Shown here in pieces: positions 1 through 9,149 of a stretch of 64,000 bases of DNA. The stretch covers positions 256,001 to 320,000 of the forward strand of contig OZ219872.1 in the NCBI GenBank assembly GCA_964291495.2, in the 5' to 3' direction. The notes beneath the pieces were generated by a model. The model was given only the letters and a program-made list of their open reading frames with translations, did not search any database and was not told the DNA's origin. Every line of letters starts with the position of its first letter. Position 1 is the stretch's first letter. The stretch comes from Dehalococcoidia bacterium. GTDB lineage: Bacteria > Chloroflexota > Dehalococcoidia > UBA2979. Made by a program: the position numbers and the translations under genes.

Positions 1-271
1 CGCGCCAGTGATTGTCGTAGCGGCTCCAGGTGGTGACGCAGTGGATGTCCGAGGTGTCCTCGTACTCCGGGAGCGCGTTGAAGTCCTCCCAGTTGAGGCG
101 CACCTCCTCCTCGACGAGGCCGAAGATCCGGAACTCCCACGTCGCGAGGTCGATGCGAGGCGTGGAGCCGTAGGTCAGCACCGGCCAGCCGTCGGTCAGG
201 CGCTGTCCGGGCGGGAGGCGGTCCTCGGGGGGGCGCACCGGCTTGGGGCCGGGCATGTTTCTCGTCGTCAC
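1..271 (-). CDS. Sulfite oxidase-like molybdopterin-dependent oxidoreductase, N-terminal part (runs off window)
   Basis: Not in ORF track. Manual minus-strand translation from GTG 271 (GAGGAG RBS) gives RLPPGQRLTDGWPVLTYG...FRIFGLVE...DIHCVTTWSRYDNHW, typical of the Oxidored_molyb domain. Confidence 0.85.
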   Translation of the reverse strand, partial: MTTRNMPGPKPVRPPEDRLPPGQRLTDGWPVLTYGSTPRIDLATWEFRIFGLVEEEVRLNWEDFNALPEYEDTSDIHCVTTWSRYDNHWR

Positions 272-402
272 GAATGCTCGCTCCTCACCACCGCGCTCGG
301 GCCGTGCGCGCGCGCGTCTGTCGCTCGCGTCCATCGTATCGGATGCGCGCTCACACGCGAGGGCGAACGGACCGCAACCGCGCCCTTCGATAGGATGGAG
401 GC

Positions 403-957
403 ATGGAGCGAGCCGTCGCCGCGACCGGATCGGACGACCACCCCGCGCGCCTCGAGGCGCCGCGCCGGCACCTCCGGCGCTTCGCGGCGATCGCCGCGGC
501 GGTCGTGATCCTCGACCAGCTCACGAAGGCGCTCGTGCGCGGCTGGCTGGACGAGCGCGAGACCTGGCCCGAGGGCTTCGATCTGATCCGCATCTCCCAC
601 GTCGAGAACTCCGGGGCCGCGTTCGGCATCCTGCAGGGCGGCGGACCGTTCCTGATCGCCAGCTCGATCCTCGGCGCGATCATCGTGCTGGTCTTCCTGC
701 GCGCCGCACCGCCCGGCGACCGGCTCTACGAGACCGCGCTGGCGCTCGTCCTCGGCGGCGCGATCGGCAACCTGATCGACCGGCTCTTCCGAGGCACCGT
801 GACGGACTTCATCGACCCCACGCACTACCCCGCCTTCAACATCGCCGACTCCTCGATCGTCGTCGGCGTGATCGCGCTCGTCGTGCTCTCGCTGTGGCGG
901 CCGGGCGGCGAGACTGACGGCGAGGCGACGGGCGGCGGCGAGGAGGCGAGTGGCTGA
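403..957 (+). CDS. lspA: Lipoprotein signal peptidase II
   Basis: DQLTK, NSGAAFG, GGAIGNLIDR and FNIAD motifs; four hydrophobic segments. Confidence 0.95.
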   Translation: MERAVAATGSDDHPARLEAPRRHLRRFAAIAAAVVILDQLTKALVRGWLDERETWPEGFDLIRISHVENSGAAFGILQGGGPFLIASSILGAIIVLVFLRAAPPGDRLYETALALVLGGAIGNLIDRLFRGTVTDFIDPTHYPAFNIADSSIVVGVIALVVLSLWRPGGETDGEATGGGEEASG

Positions 958-1916
958 TGCAGCTCGAACGCTTCGCCGCCCCACGCACGGACCGCCTCGA
1001 CCGGCTCGTCGCCGATCAGCTCGCGCAGCTCTCGCGCAGCCAGGCGCAGCGGCTGATCGAGGACGGCCGCGTCGAGGTCGCCGGCGAGCCGCGCACCCGC
1101 GCCGGCCGAGAGGTGCCCGAGGGCGCCGAGATCGCGATCCGCCTGCCCGCCCAGCCGGACCTCGACGCGATGGCGCTCGACGTGCCACTGGACGTGCTCT
1201 TCTCCGACGAGCACACGCTGATCATCGACAAGCAGCCGGGGCTGCTGGTGCATCCGGTGCAGGGCCGCCCGGCGGTCACGCTCATCCACACCGTGCGGGC
1301 GCGCTACCCCGAGGTGCAGGAAATCGGCGGGACACGCTCCGGCCTCGTGCACCGCCTCGACCGCGACACCTCGGGCGTCATCGCCTTCGCCCGCTCCGCC
1401 GCCGCGCGCGACGCGCTGCGCGCGCAGTGGAAGGCGCGTGAGACGCTCAAGATCTACCTCGCGATCGCCGAGGGCGTCGTCGAGCCTCGGCGCGGCCGCA
1501 TCGACGCCCCGCTCGGTCCCGACCCCGCCGACCCGACGCGCCGGACCGTCGTCGAGCGCGGCGACCCGGCGTTCAGCGAGTACCGCGTGCTGGAGCAGTA
1601 CGGCGAGGAGGCCGCCCTGCTCGAAGTCCGCATCCTGACCGGCCGCACGCACCAGATCCGCGTCCACCTGCAGGCGATGGGCCACCCGATCCTCAGCGAC
1701 GGCGTCTACGGCAACCCCTCGCCGCGGATCGCGCGGCAGGCATTGCACGCGCGGCGCCTCGGCCTCTGCCTGCCCTCGAGCGGCGAGTGGCGCGAGTTCG
1801 AGGCGCCGCTGCCGGACGACATCGGCGAGGCGATCGAGGCGCTGCGCGCCGACCACGGCGTGGAGGCGCAGCCGCTCGCCGCCTCGGGCGCCCCGGGTAC
1901 GGGAGGCGTGCGATGA
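957..1916 (+). CDS. RluA/RluD-family pseudouridine synthase
   Basis: S4-like N-terminus; HRLDRDTSG catalytic motif; TGRTHQIRVH; LHA. Confidence 0.93.
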   Translation: MQLERFAAPRTDRLDRLVADQLAQLSRSQAQRLIEDGRVEVAGEPRTRAGREVPEGAEIAIRLPAQPDLDAMALDVPLDVLFSDEHTLIIDKQPGLLVHPVQGRPAVTLIHTVRARYPEVQEIGGTRSGLVHRLDRDTSGVIAFARSAAARDALRAQWKARETLKIYLAIAEGVVEPRRGRIDAPLGPDPADPTRRTVVERGDPAFSEYRVLEQYGEEAALLEVRILTGRTHQIRVHLQAMGHPILSDGVYGNPSPRIARQALHARRLGLCLPSSGEWREFEAPLPDDIGEAIEALRADHGVEAQPLAASGAPGTGGVR

Positions 1917-3397
1917 GCGTCCGAGTCCGCTACGCGCCCAGCCCCACCGGCGACCCGCACGTCGGCAACATCCGCACCGCGATCTGGACCTGGCTGCACG
2001 CCCGCCGCCACGGCGGCGCCTTCATCCTCCGCATCGAGGACACCGACCAGTCGCGCGCCGTCGAGGGCTCCGTCGAGCGCATCGAGGACTCGCTGCGCTG
2101 GCTCGGCCTCGACCTCGACGAGGGGCCGGAGCAGGGCGGCGACTACGGCCCCTACGTGCAGTCGCAGCGCCTCGAGCGCTACCACGCCGCCAGCGAGCAG
2201 CTGCTGCGCGACGGCAACGCCTACCGCTGCTTCTGCACCCCCGACGACCTGCGCGCGATGCGCGAGCGCCAGCGCGCCGCCGGCCGCCCGCAGGGCTACG
2301 AGGGCGTCTGCCGCGACCTCGATGCCGCGAGGGGCGCCGAGCGCGCCGCCAGCGGCGAGTCGCACGTGATCCGCTTCCGCATGCCGCGCGACGGCGTCAC
2401 GGTCTTCAACGACCTGATCCGCGGCGCGATCCGCTACGAGAACCGCCTGCTCGACGACCTCGTGCTGCTCAAGTCGGACGGCTTCCCCACTTACCACCTC
2501 GCCCACGCCGTCGACGACCACGCGATGGCGATCACCCACGTCACCCGGGGCGACGAGTGGATCCCCTCGACGCCGCGCCACGTGCGGCTCTTCGAGGCGC
2601 TCGGCTACGAGCCGCCGATCTACGTGCACACGCCCGTCATCCTCGGGCCGGACGGGGGCAAGCTCTCCAAGCGCCACGGCGCGCAGTCCGTGCTGGAGTA
2701 CGCCGCCGAGGGCTACCTGCCGGAGGCGCTGCTCAACTTCCTCGCGATCATGGGCTGGGCGCTGGACGACCGGACCGAGATCCTGTCCGCCGCCGAGATG
2801 TCCGCCGCCTTCGACCTCGCCGACCTCAACCCGGCGCCGGCCGGCTTCAACAGCGAGAAGCTGGAGTGGATGAACGGCGTCTACATGCGCCAGCTCCCCG
2901 AGGCCGACCTCGCCGCGCGCTTCGCCGAGCGGCTGGACCGCGACCTGCCGGACTCGGTCGCCCGGCCCGTGGACACTGGGCTGGTCGAGCAGTTCACCCC
3001 GCTGATCCGCGAGCGCGTGAAGCTGCTCTCCGAGGTGGCCGAGCTGACCGACTTCTTCTTCGCCGAGGACGTCCCGGTCGCCGAGCCGGGCGAGTTCCTC
3101 GGCCGCTCCTTCCGTCGCGAGCCGGAGCGGGCCGCGCCCGCGCTGGCGGCCGCCATCGCAACGCTCGATGGCCTGCGCGACGACTGGCGCACCGAGCCCC
3201 TGGAAGCGGCGCTGCGCGCGCTCGCCGAGGAGCTGGGCGTGCGCGCGGGCGACCTGTTCATGCTCTGTCGCGTCGGCGTGACCGGGAAGCGCGTCACCCC
3301 ACCTCTGTTCGAGACGATGGAGATCGTCGGCCCCGCCGCATCCCTCGGTCGCCTCGCCGCCGCCGAGTCGGCCCTGCGCGCCGCCTACCCCTCGTAG
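1913..3397 (+). CDS. gltX: Glutamate--tRNA ligase
   Basis: VRYAPSPTGDPHVGN (HIGH), LRIEDTD, KLSKR (KMSKS); ATGA overlap with upstream gene. Confidence 0.96.
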   Translation: MSVRVRYAPSPTGDPHVGNIRTAIWTWLHARRHGGAFILRIEDTDQSRAVEGSVERIEDSLRWLGLDLDEGPEQGGDYGPYVQSQRLERYHAASEQLLRDGNAYRCFCTPDDLRAMRERQRAAGRPQGYEGVCRDLDAARGAERAASGESHVIRFRMPRDGVTVFNDLIRGAIRYENRLLDDLVLLKSDGFPTYHLAHAVDDHAMAITHVTRGDEWIPSTPRHVRLFEALGYEPPIYVHTPVILGPDGGKLSKRHGAQSVLEYAAEGYLPEALLNFLAIMGWALDDRTEILSAAEMSAAFDLADLNPAPAGFNSEKLEWMNGVYMRQLPEADLAARFAERLDRDLPDSVARPVDTGLVEQFTPLIRERVKLLSEVAELTDFFFAEDVPVAEPGEFLGRSFRREPERAAPALAAAIATLDGLRDDWRTEPLEAALRALAEELGVRAGDLFMLCRVGVTGKRVTPPLFETMEIVGPAASLGRLAAAESALRAAYPS

Positions 3398-3477
3398 AGC
3401 GCGGCCCTCGAGGGCGCTCGCACGCCTCGCTGGATCGTGACCGCTGGCAGTGGTTTTGCTAGGGTGGAGAGGTCCGC

Positions 3478-3551
3478 TGGGGACTCGTCTAATGGTAGGA
3501 CAGCTGACTCTGGATCAGTAGGTCGGGGTTCGAATCCTCGGTCCCCAGCCA
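3478..3551 (+). tRNA. tRNA-Gln (anticodon CTG)
   Basis: Cloverleaf with TGGGGAC/GTCCCCA acceptor, ctCTGga anticodon loop, GTTCGAATC T-loop, encoded CCA. Confidence 0.97.
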
Positions 3552-3798
3552 ATCCTCCCCATACGGTTTTGGCACGCCGGGCGCGTAATAGACGGCCTGT
3601 CCATTACGCGGGCCAGTACGGGCGAGGTCGTGCACGAGGTGCGAGGTCACGAGCCGTTCGCTGGACACTATAGAACGCATGACCTAGCCTAGCCGGAGCC
3701 GCGACGACCGACGAACTCCCCACCGTCGCGGCGCACGGCAGCCACGGCGATCGTTCGTTTTCCGGCGGCGGCCTCCGATGAGCAGGCGGGGGACCATC

Positions 3799-4635
3799 AT
3801 GCCTCTACTTCCACCCCACTTTTTGGACACCGTTGTCGCTCTGGGAGTGCCGCTGGCGGACGACAGCGTCCGCTATACCGCTACTGGGTTCTTCTACGGA
3901 CTGCCCTCTGGCGAGGATGGTCAGTACGAAGTGTTCCTTGTAACCAACCGCCACGTCGTGGAAGGAGCAGCCTCGCTCAAGGCGCGCCTAAACCGTTCTG
4001 GGCGAGCGGATTCTCAGACATACGATGTGGACCTCGAACAGGGAGATTCGAAGCTCTGGACGGCGCATGACACCTGCGACATCGCGGTGATCCCTGTGAA
4101 CGCCAGAATGTTGCAGGATTCTGGGATCCAATTCCGATGGTTTCAGAGCGATCAGCAACCCACACGCGAGGAAGCGGCGGATCTCGAGATAAGCGAAGGG
4201 GACGGCGTTTACGTCTTGGGTTTCCCGCTCGGACTGGCTGGCGAGCATCGCAACTACACAATCGTCCGCCAAGGGGTCATCGCTCGCGTGCGAGACTGGC
4301 TAGGGGAGAGCGGCCGGACGATTCTCGTCGATGCGTCGGTCTTCCCGGGAAACAGCGGGGGACCAGTCATTACCAAGCCTGAGAACTTCTCAATCGAGGG
4401 CACGAAGCACAACAATCGCGCCCTTCTGATCGGAATGGTGGCGTCGTACGTCCCTTACGACGATGTCGCAGTGAGCCAACAGACAGGCCGGCCTCGGGTG
4501 ATCTTCCAGGAGAACTCCGGCCTCGCAGAAGTGGTACCGATCGATGTGGTCCACGAGACGGTAGAGGCTGCGCGCCAGGAGAGAATCGCGACGCAAGAGA
4601 AGAGTGTGTCCGACCCCCCAGCGCAGCCAGCCTGA
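3799..4635 (+). CDS. Trypsin-like serine protease, no signal peptide
   Basis: Triad motifs VTNRHV, DIAV, GNSGGP; alternative start 3778; codon usage less GC-biased than core genes. Confidence 0.85.
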   Translation: MPLLPPHFLDTVVALGVPLADDSVRYTATGFFYGLPSGEDGQYEVFLVTNRHVVEGAASLKARLNRSGRADSQTYDVDLEQGDSKLWTAHDTCDIAVIPVNARMLQDSGIQFRWFQSDQQPTREEAADLEISEGDGVYVLGFPLGLAGEHRNYTIVRQGVIARVRDWLGESGRTILVDASVFPGNSGGPVITKPENFSIEGTKHNNRALLIGMVASYVPYDDVAVSQQTGRPRVIFQENSGLAEVVPIDVVHETVEAARQERIATQEKSVSDPPAQPA

Positions 4636-4730
4636 TCGGAGTGCCCTGCCTCCCGGCACGACGCGCCCCGGCCCTCACCGGGGCTCCGCTCGTAACTTCG
4701 AGGGCCGCCGTCAGTCCTCGTACCAGTCCG

Positions 4731-4973
4731 TCACGCCTGCACGTCTCGCGGGCAGGCGCAGGGGTGGGCGCGGGCGGCGGCGCTGATGACCTCGCGCGGC
4801 GCGCTGCGGCCGCCGAGCCTCCAGCAGCGACGGCAGTGGCTCAGGCGCTTCGGCAAGCACCGGCCCTGCCGGAGGTGCTTTGGGTCGATGCGCTCGCCGA
4901 TCCCGCAGTCCGCCCGATCGTGCCAGCGCGTCGCGCTGGCGCTGGCCGAGTGGTAGGGCTGGACTCCCGCCAT
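4731..4973 (-). CDS. Small hypothetical protein, possible Zn-binding (H...H-x4-C...CxxC)
   Basis: YH...WHDRADC...HCRRC; ATG 3 nt after the upstream ORF stop. Confidence 0.45.
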   Translation of the reverse strand: MAGVQPYHSASASATRWHDRADCGIGERIDPKHLRQGRCLPKRLSHCRRCWRLGGRSAPREVISAAARAHPCACPRDVQA

Positions 4974-4976
4974 CGA

Positions 4977-5291
4977 TCACGCGGCCCTCTCCGGGCGCCG
5001 GGCCGCCTCGACCGGCGGCGCGGCCTCCACGGCAGGCACCGGGAGCGAGTAGCGGTAGACGGCGGCGCCGGGTCGGATCGGCTCGCGATCGAGAACTCGG
5101 CGCGCGACCGCGCTGGCGGCGTCGAGGTGGTTCAGCGGCGGGAGTTCGGGCCAGGCCGCCGCCCAGCGTTCCGCGAGCTCTCGCAGCAGCAGCGCCTCCC
5201 CGGCCGCGAGCAGTTGCGGCACGCGACGCCAGCGAGGATCGCGCGCACCTCGCCGTGCGCGAGTCGATCGCAGCACGGTCTCATCGCTCAC
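4977..5291 (-). CDS. Hypothetical protein
   Basis: 104-aa ORF with GGAGG RBS before GTG; adjacent to 4731-4973. Confidence 0.45.
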   Translation of the reverse strand: MSDETVLRSTRARRGARDPRWRRVPQLLAAGEALLLRELAERWAAAWPELPPLNHLDAASAVARRVLDREPIRPGAAVYRYSLPVPAVEAAPPVEAARRPERAA

Positions 5292-5456
5292 GCCGGCCTC
5301 CGGGCGAGTGTCGGCACCCCGCCTGGCATCCGCTCGCCGGGATGCGGGCGGGCACGGCAGGCCACTTCGCGTCGAGGGCGTCGCTCAACTGTCGGCAGCC
5401 TCCCGAGTGAGTCGTGGCGAGGAGTGCCTGACGCAGGCCATTGTCGCGCCTCGGCG

Positions 5457-5507
5457 GTATGACGGGTGTATCTTTCAACCTCACGAACGTATGAAGCGAT
5501 GTATGAT
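5457..5507. promoter_or_regulatory. GTATGAC-N25-GTATGAA-N5-GTATG motif, copy 1
   Basis: GTATG at 5457, 5489, 5501; same spacing as 8897/8929/8941. Confidence 0.55.
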
Positions 5508-5585
5508 GCCGGACGGCGTGGCGCACGAAGGGGCGAGCCGTCGGGCGTTGGAGCGGCCGGCCGGCGCCGGCATCGAGGGAGCAGG

Positions 5586-7988
5586 ATGGCCCAATCAGGC
5601 GAGCGGGACAGCGACGTAGCCGAGCTGCGGGAACGCCTCTCGCGGCTGAGCGACGCCAGCCGGCGCATCAACGAGAGCCTCGACTTCGACACGGTGTTGC
5701 AGGAGGTCCTGGATTCGGCGCGGTCCCTGACCGGAGGCCGCTACGGGGTGATGACCCTGACCGGGGACTCGGGACAGATCGAGGACTTCCTCTCGTCCGG
5801 GATGACCGGAGAGGAAACGGAGCGGCTCTGGCAACTTCCACAGGGGCCGCAGTTCATCGGCTACCTGGGGAGCATCCCCGAACCGCTGAGAGTCCGCGAC
5901 CTGGTCGGCCACTTCAGGTCGGTGGGACTCCCCGCGTTCGACCCGCCACTGCCGGTCAGGCCCGAGGTGCCCTTCCTGGCAGCGCGGATCGTTCAGCAGG
6001 GCGCGCACGTCGGAAACATCTTCGTCTTCGACACGGACGACGGCGCTGAGTTCAGCCGCGAGGACGAGGAAACGCTGGTCATGTTCGCCTCGCACGCGGC
6101 GATGGTCATCGGCAACGCCCGGACGTACCGGGACGAGCGGCGAGCCAGGACGGACCTGGAGACCCTGGTCAACACCTCTCCGGTGGGCGTGGTGGTCTTC
6201 GACGTGAAGACAGGCGCTCCAGTGTTGCGCAACCGCGAGATGGAGCGATTGGTCGATCACCTGAGGGAACCTGACCAGCCGCCGGAGCAGCTCCTTGACG
6301 TCCTGACCTTCGTGCGTGGGGACGGGAGGGAGATCTCCCTCAAGGAGCTCCCTATTGCCGAGCTCCTGCGCATTCACGAGGTGATCCGCGTCGAGGAGAT
6401 CACCCTGCGGGCCCCCAACGGCCGCAGCGTCAGCGCACTGCTCAACGCGACACCCATCCTCTCGGACGACGGCGAGATCGAGACGTTCGTCGTGACTCTG
6501 CAGGACATGACGCCGCTGGAGGAGCTGGAGCGGCTCCGCGCGGAGTTCCTGGGCATGGTGAGCCACGAGCTGCGGGCCCCGCTGACCTCCATCAAGGGCT
6601 CCGTCACGACGCTGCTGGAAGCCGCGTCGGAGCTGGACCCCGCGGAGATGACGCAGTTCTTCCGGATCATCCGCGACCAGTCGGACCAGATGCGCTACCT
6701 GATCGGTGACCTGCTCGACGTGGCCCGCATCGAGACGGGCACGCTCTCGGTGGAGCCGGAGCGCTCCGATGTGTCCTCGATCGTCGACGAGGCGACGAGC
6801 AGGTTCCCGAGCACAGGCAGCAGGGCCGAACTCCGGATAGACCTCGATCCGGACCTCCCCGCCGTCATGGCCGACAGGCGGAGGACCGTGCAGTTGCTGA
6901 TCAACCTGCTCTCCAACGCAGCCAGGTACTCGCCGGAAGAGTCATCGATCCTGGTGAACGTGGCGCGGGCGGGTGTCGATGTCGCGATCTCCGTCGCCGA
7001 CGAGGGTCGAGGCATCCCCGAGGACCTCCTGCCACACCTCTTCCGAAAGTTCTCGCGCCCCACGGGTGTGAGCCAGGGGAGTGGGTTCGGGGGGTCGGGC
7101 CTGGGACTCGCGATCTGCAAGGGGATCGTCGAGGCGCAAGGGGGGCGGATCTGGGCAGAGAGCGACGGACCGGGCCTGGGAGCGCGGTTCACGTTCACGC
7201 TTCCGGCTGCGGCGGACGAGGGCCTCGGCAGCGGGACGAGTCCCGCCGCGGTCTCGGGAGGGCTGCAGGGGGCGCCGACGCCACCGATGCGGGTACTCGT
7301 CGTGGACGACGACCCGCAAACGCTCAGGTACGTTCGCGACGCCCTCACCAAGGCCGGGTATGCCCCCATCGTCACCGGCGACCCCGAGGACGTACTGCGC
7401 CTGATCAAGGAGGAGCGCCCCCACCTGGTGCTCCTCGATCTGGTGCTGCCGGGTCGCGACGGCATCGAGCTGATGCGGGACATCCTGAAGGTGCGGGACG
7501 TGCCCGTCATCTTCATCTCCGTTTACGGCCAGGACGAGGTCGTCGCCAAGGCGCTGGACACGGGCGCGGCGGACTACCTCGTGAAGCCCTTCTCGCCGAC
7601 GGAACTTGCCGCGCGGATCCGGGCGGCGCTCCGCAAGCGAATCGAACCCCAGGGCCCCGAGCCGTCCGGCCCCTACGCCGCCGGCGAGTTAAGCATCGAC
7701 TACGCGACACGCCGGGTGACGTTGAGAGGGCAGCCGCTTGAGCTGACGGCCACGGAGTACGCGCTGCTCTATGAACTCTCGGTCAACGCACACCGCGTGC
7801 TCACCCACAATCTGCTCCTGCAGAGGGTCTGGGGCCCGGAACGGGTCGGCGAACCGTGGCTGGTCCGCGACGTGGTGAAGCGGCTGCGCCGCAAGCTCGG
7901 CGACGACGCGCGCAACCCGAGCTACATCTTCACCGAGCCCCGCGTGGGCTACTGCATGGCCGGGGGCGCGGCGCCGGTTTCGGCGTGA
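5586..7988 (+). CDS. Hybrid sensor histidine kinase/response regulator (GAF-PAS-HisKA-HATPase-REC-OmpR wHTH)
   Basis: SHELRAPLTSI H-box, NLLSNA N-box, DEGRG and GLGLAI G-boxes, VLVVDDD/LLDL/KPF receiver, LTATEY...LRRKL...GVGY-like wHTH. Confidence 0.93.
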   Translation: MAQSGERDSDVAELRERLSRLSDASRRINESLDFDTVLQEVLDSARSLTGGRYGVMTLTGDSGQIEDFLSSGMTGEETERLWQLPQGPQFIGYLGSIPEPLRVRDLVGHFRSVGLPAFDPPLPVRPEVPFLAARIVQQGAHVGNIFVFDTDDGAEFSREDEETLVMFASHAAMVIGNARTYRDERRARTDLETLVNTSPVGVVVFDVKTGAPVLRNREMERLVDHLREPDQPPEQLLDVLTFVRGDGREISLKELPIAELLRIHEVIRVEEITLRAPNGRSVSALLNATPILSDDGEIETFVVTLQDMTPLEELERLRAEFLGMVSHELRAPLTSIKGSVTTLLEAASELDPAEMTQFFRIIRDQSDQMRYLIGDLLDVARIETGTLSVEPERSDVSSIVDEATSRFPSTGSRAELRIDLDPDLPAVMADRRRTVQLLINLLSNAARYSPEESSILVNVARAGVDVAISVADEGRGIPEDLLPHLFRKFSRPTGVSQGSGFGGSGLGLAICKGIVEAQGGRIWAESDGPGLGARFTFTLPAAADEGLGSGTSPAAVSGGLQGAPTPPMRVLVVDDDPQTLRYVRDALTKAGYAPIVTGDPEDVLRLIKEERPHLVLLDLVLPGRDGIELMRDILKVRDVPVIFISVYGQDEVVAKALDTGAADYLVKPFSPTELAARIRAALRKRIEPQGPEPSGPYAAGELSIDYATRRVTLRGQPLELTATEYALLYELSVNAHRVLTHNLLLQRVWGPERVGEPWLVRDVVKRLRRKLGDDARNPSYIFTEPRVGYCMAGGAAPVSA

Positions 7989-8021
7989 CGGCCAGGACCG
8001 CTCGGCGTCAGCTCATGCTCG

Positions 8022-8477
8022 TCAGGCAGTGAGGTCCTGAGCCACGTAGATCGCGACACCCGGCTCGTCGTTCAGAGATCCGGCACGCTCCGAGATCACG
8101 TGGACGAACAGCGTCTTGAACGAGGAGTCGTCGGCGAAGCCAAGACCTTCGGCTACGGCGTCAATGATCGGTTTGGCGAGGCTGTCGATGTCTCGCCCCC
8201 GGGCTTCCGGTTGGAGGTTGAGGGCGAGGGACAGACTCCAGTGGCCCCACGGTGATCGCGGACCGGGCGGCACGGCGGCGTCGAGCGCATCGCGCTCCGC
8301 CCTCACCGCATCCGCGACCTCGCGCTTCCACCGCGCTTCGTCCCGGTGCCCCTGCGGGTGGATGCCGTCCGCGTTGCTGACGTAGACCGACAGCGGCCAC
8401 CTGTAGGTGGGCCTGAAGACGGTCGGCACGTCCCAGCGGCCAATCCGTTGTTGTCGAATCTCAATTCGGCTCGGCAT
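8022..8477 (-). CDS. RusA-like Holliday junction resolvase family protein
   Basis: RDIDSLAKPIIDAV...FADDS resembles the RusA DxDNxxKxxxD...DD signature, with N replaced by S. Confidence 0.6.
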   Translation of the reverse strand: MPSRIEIRQQRIGRWDVPTVFRPTYRWPLSVYVSNADGIHPQGHRDEARWKREVADAVRAERDALDAAVPPGPRSPWGHWSLSLALNLQPEARGRDIDSLAKPIIDAVAEGLGFADDSSFKTLFVHVISERAGSLNDEPGVAIYVAQDLTA

Positions 8478-8492
8478 CGGCTACCCTCGGCT

Positions 8493-8630
8493 TCACTGAA
8501 TCAAGCCGCCCCGAGCGTCGCCGGCGTCGGGCTGCGCCGCGAACGATCGCGTCAACACCGGCACGTACTGCGGCACATTCGGCTCCGGGGGTGAGGTGCG
8601 GAGGAACGCCGACCACCTCGCCGTTCTCAT
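8493..8630 (-). CDS. Hypothetical 45-aa protein
   Basis: ATGA overlap with 8627-8725; ends just before the RusA-like RBS. Confidence 0.3.
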   Translation of the reverse strand: MRTARWSAFLRTSPPEPNVPQYVPVLTRSFAAQPDAGDARGGLIQ

Positions 8631-8725
8631 CGGCCACGACCGAGGCCATAGCCGGCCAGCAAGGCAACGACGGCGACGATCGCAAGGAGCGCTACCCACA
8701 CCTCGATCGTCGCCCACTCAGCCAT
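8627..8725 (-). CDS. 32-aa single-transmembrane peptide
   Basis: MAEWATIEVWVALLAIVAVVALLAGYGLGRGR; G-rich RBS upstream. Confidence 0.5.
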   Translation of the reverse strand: MAEWATIEVWVALLAIVAVVALLAGYGLGRGR

Positions 8726-8896
8726 GCGGGCCCCCCGAGGCCGGCGCTGCCGCCAGAGTAGAAGCGCAGTCAGAACACGAACCCCGGACCGCCTTTGCGG
8801 GAGTAGTCTCTGCCACCGTCTGCAAATCCAATCCCGCAAGGCGCGTGTGCGCGCGGAGATGGTACTGGACGTAGGTGGCACAGACGAGACTGATTC

Positions 8897-8945
8897 GTAT
8901 GACAGGCGCGTAGATCAGGCCGCGTTCTGTATGAATCTCTGTATG
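8897..8945. promoter_or_regulatory. GTATGAC-N25-GTATGAA-N5-GTATG motif, copy 2
   Basis: GTATG at 8897, 8929, 8941. Confidence 0.55.
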
Positions 8946-8973
8946 GCCCATCAGGCGGCGGGGCTCAGTTCGT

Positions 8974-9008
8974 GGCCACTGAGGACGAGGCTCACGTCCT
9001 CAGCGGCC
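8974..9008 (-). terminator. 14-bp hairpin downstream of the giant surface protein gene
   Basis: GGCCGCTGAGGACG/CGTCCTCAGTGGCC pairs fully on the minus strand (one G-U); no U-tract. Confidence 0.35.
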
Positions 9009-9149
9009 GGCGAATCGTCACGGTGACGCCCTGCCCGGGCCCCTCGCTCGCTGCTTCGATCGTGCCGCCGTTACCCGGCCGGGAGCGATGTCCACGGGAG
9101 CGGTCGGGCCAAGGATCATCCGGGCGCCCCCGTGGACCATGCTCGCTTC

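Noticed and set aside
8-508. Plus-strand 166-aa ORF and many other long Arg/Pro/Ala-rich ORFs (e.g. 12741-16940, 30203-33061, 51786-54710)
   Set aside because: Shadow frames of real genes in high-GC DNA; no motifs
8974-9008. Antitoxin sRNA hairpin on the + strand
   Set aside because: Pairs better on the minus strand; more simply a terminator-like hairpin after the giant gene
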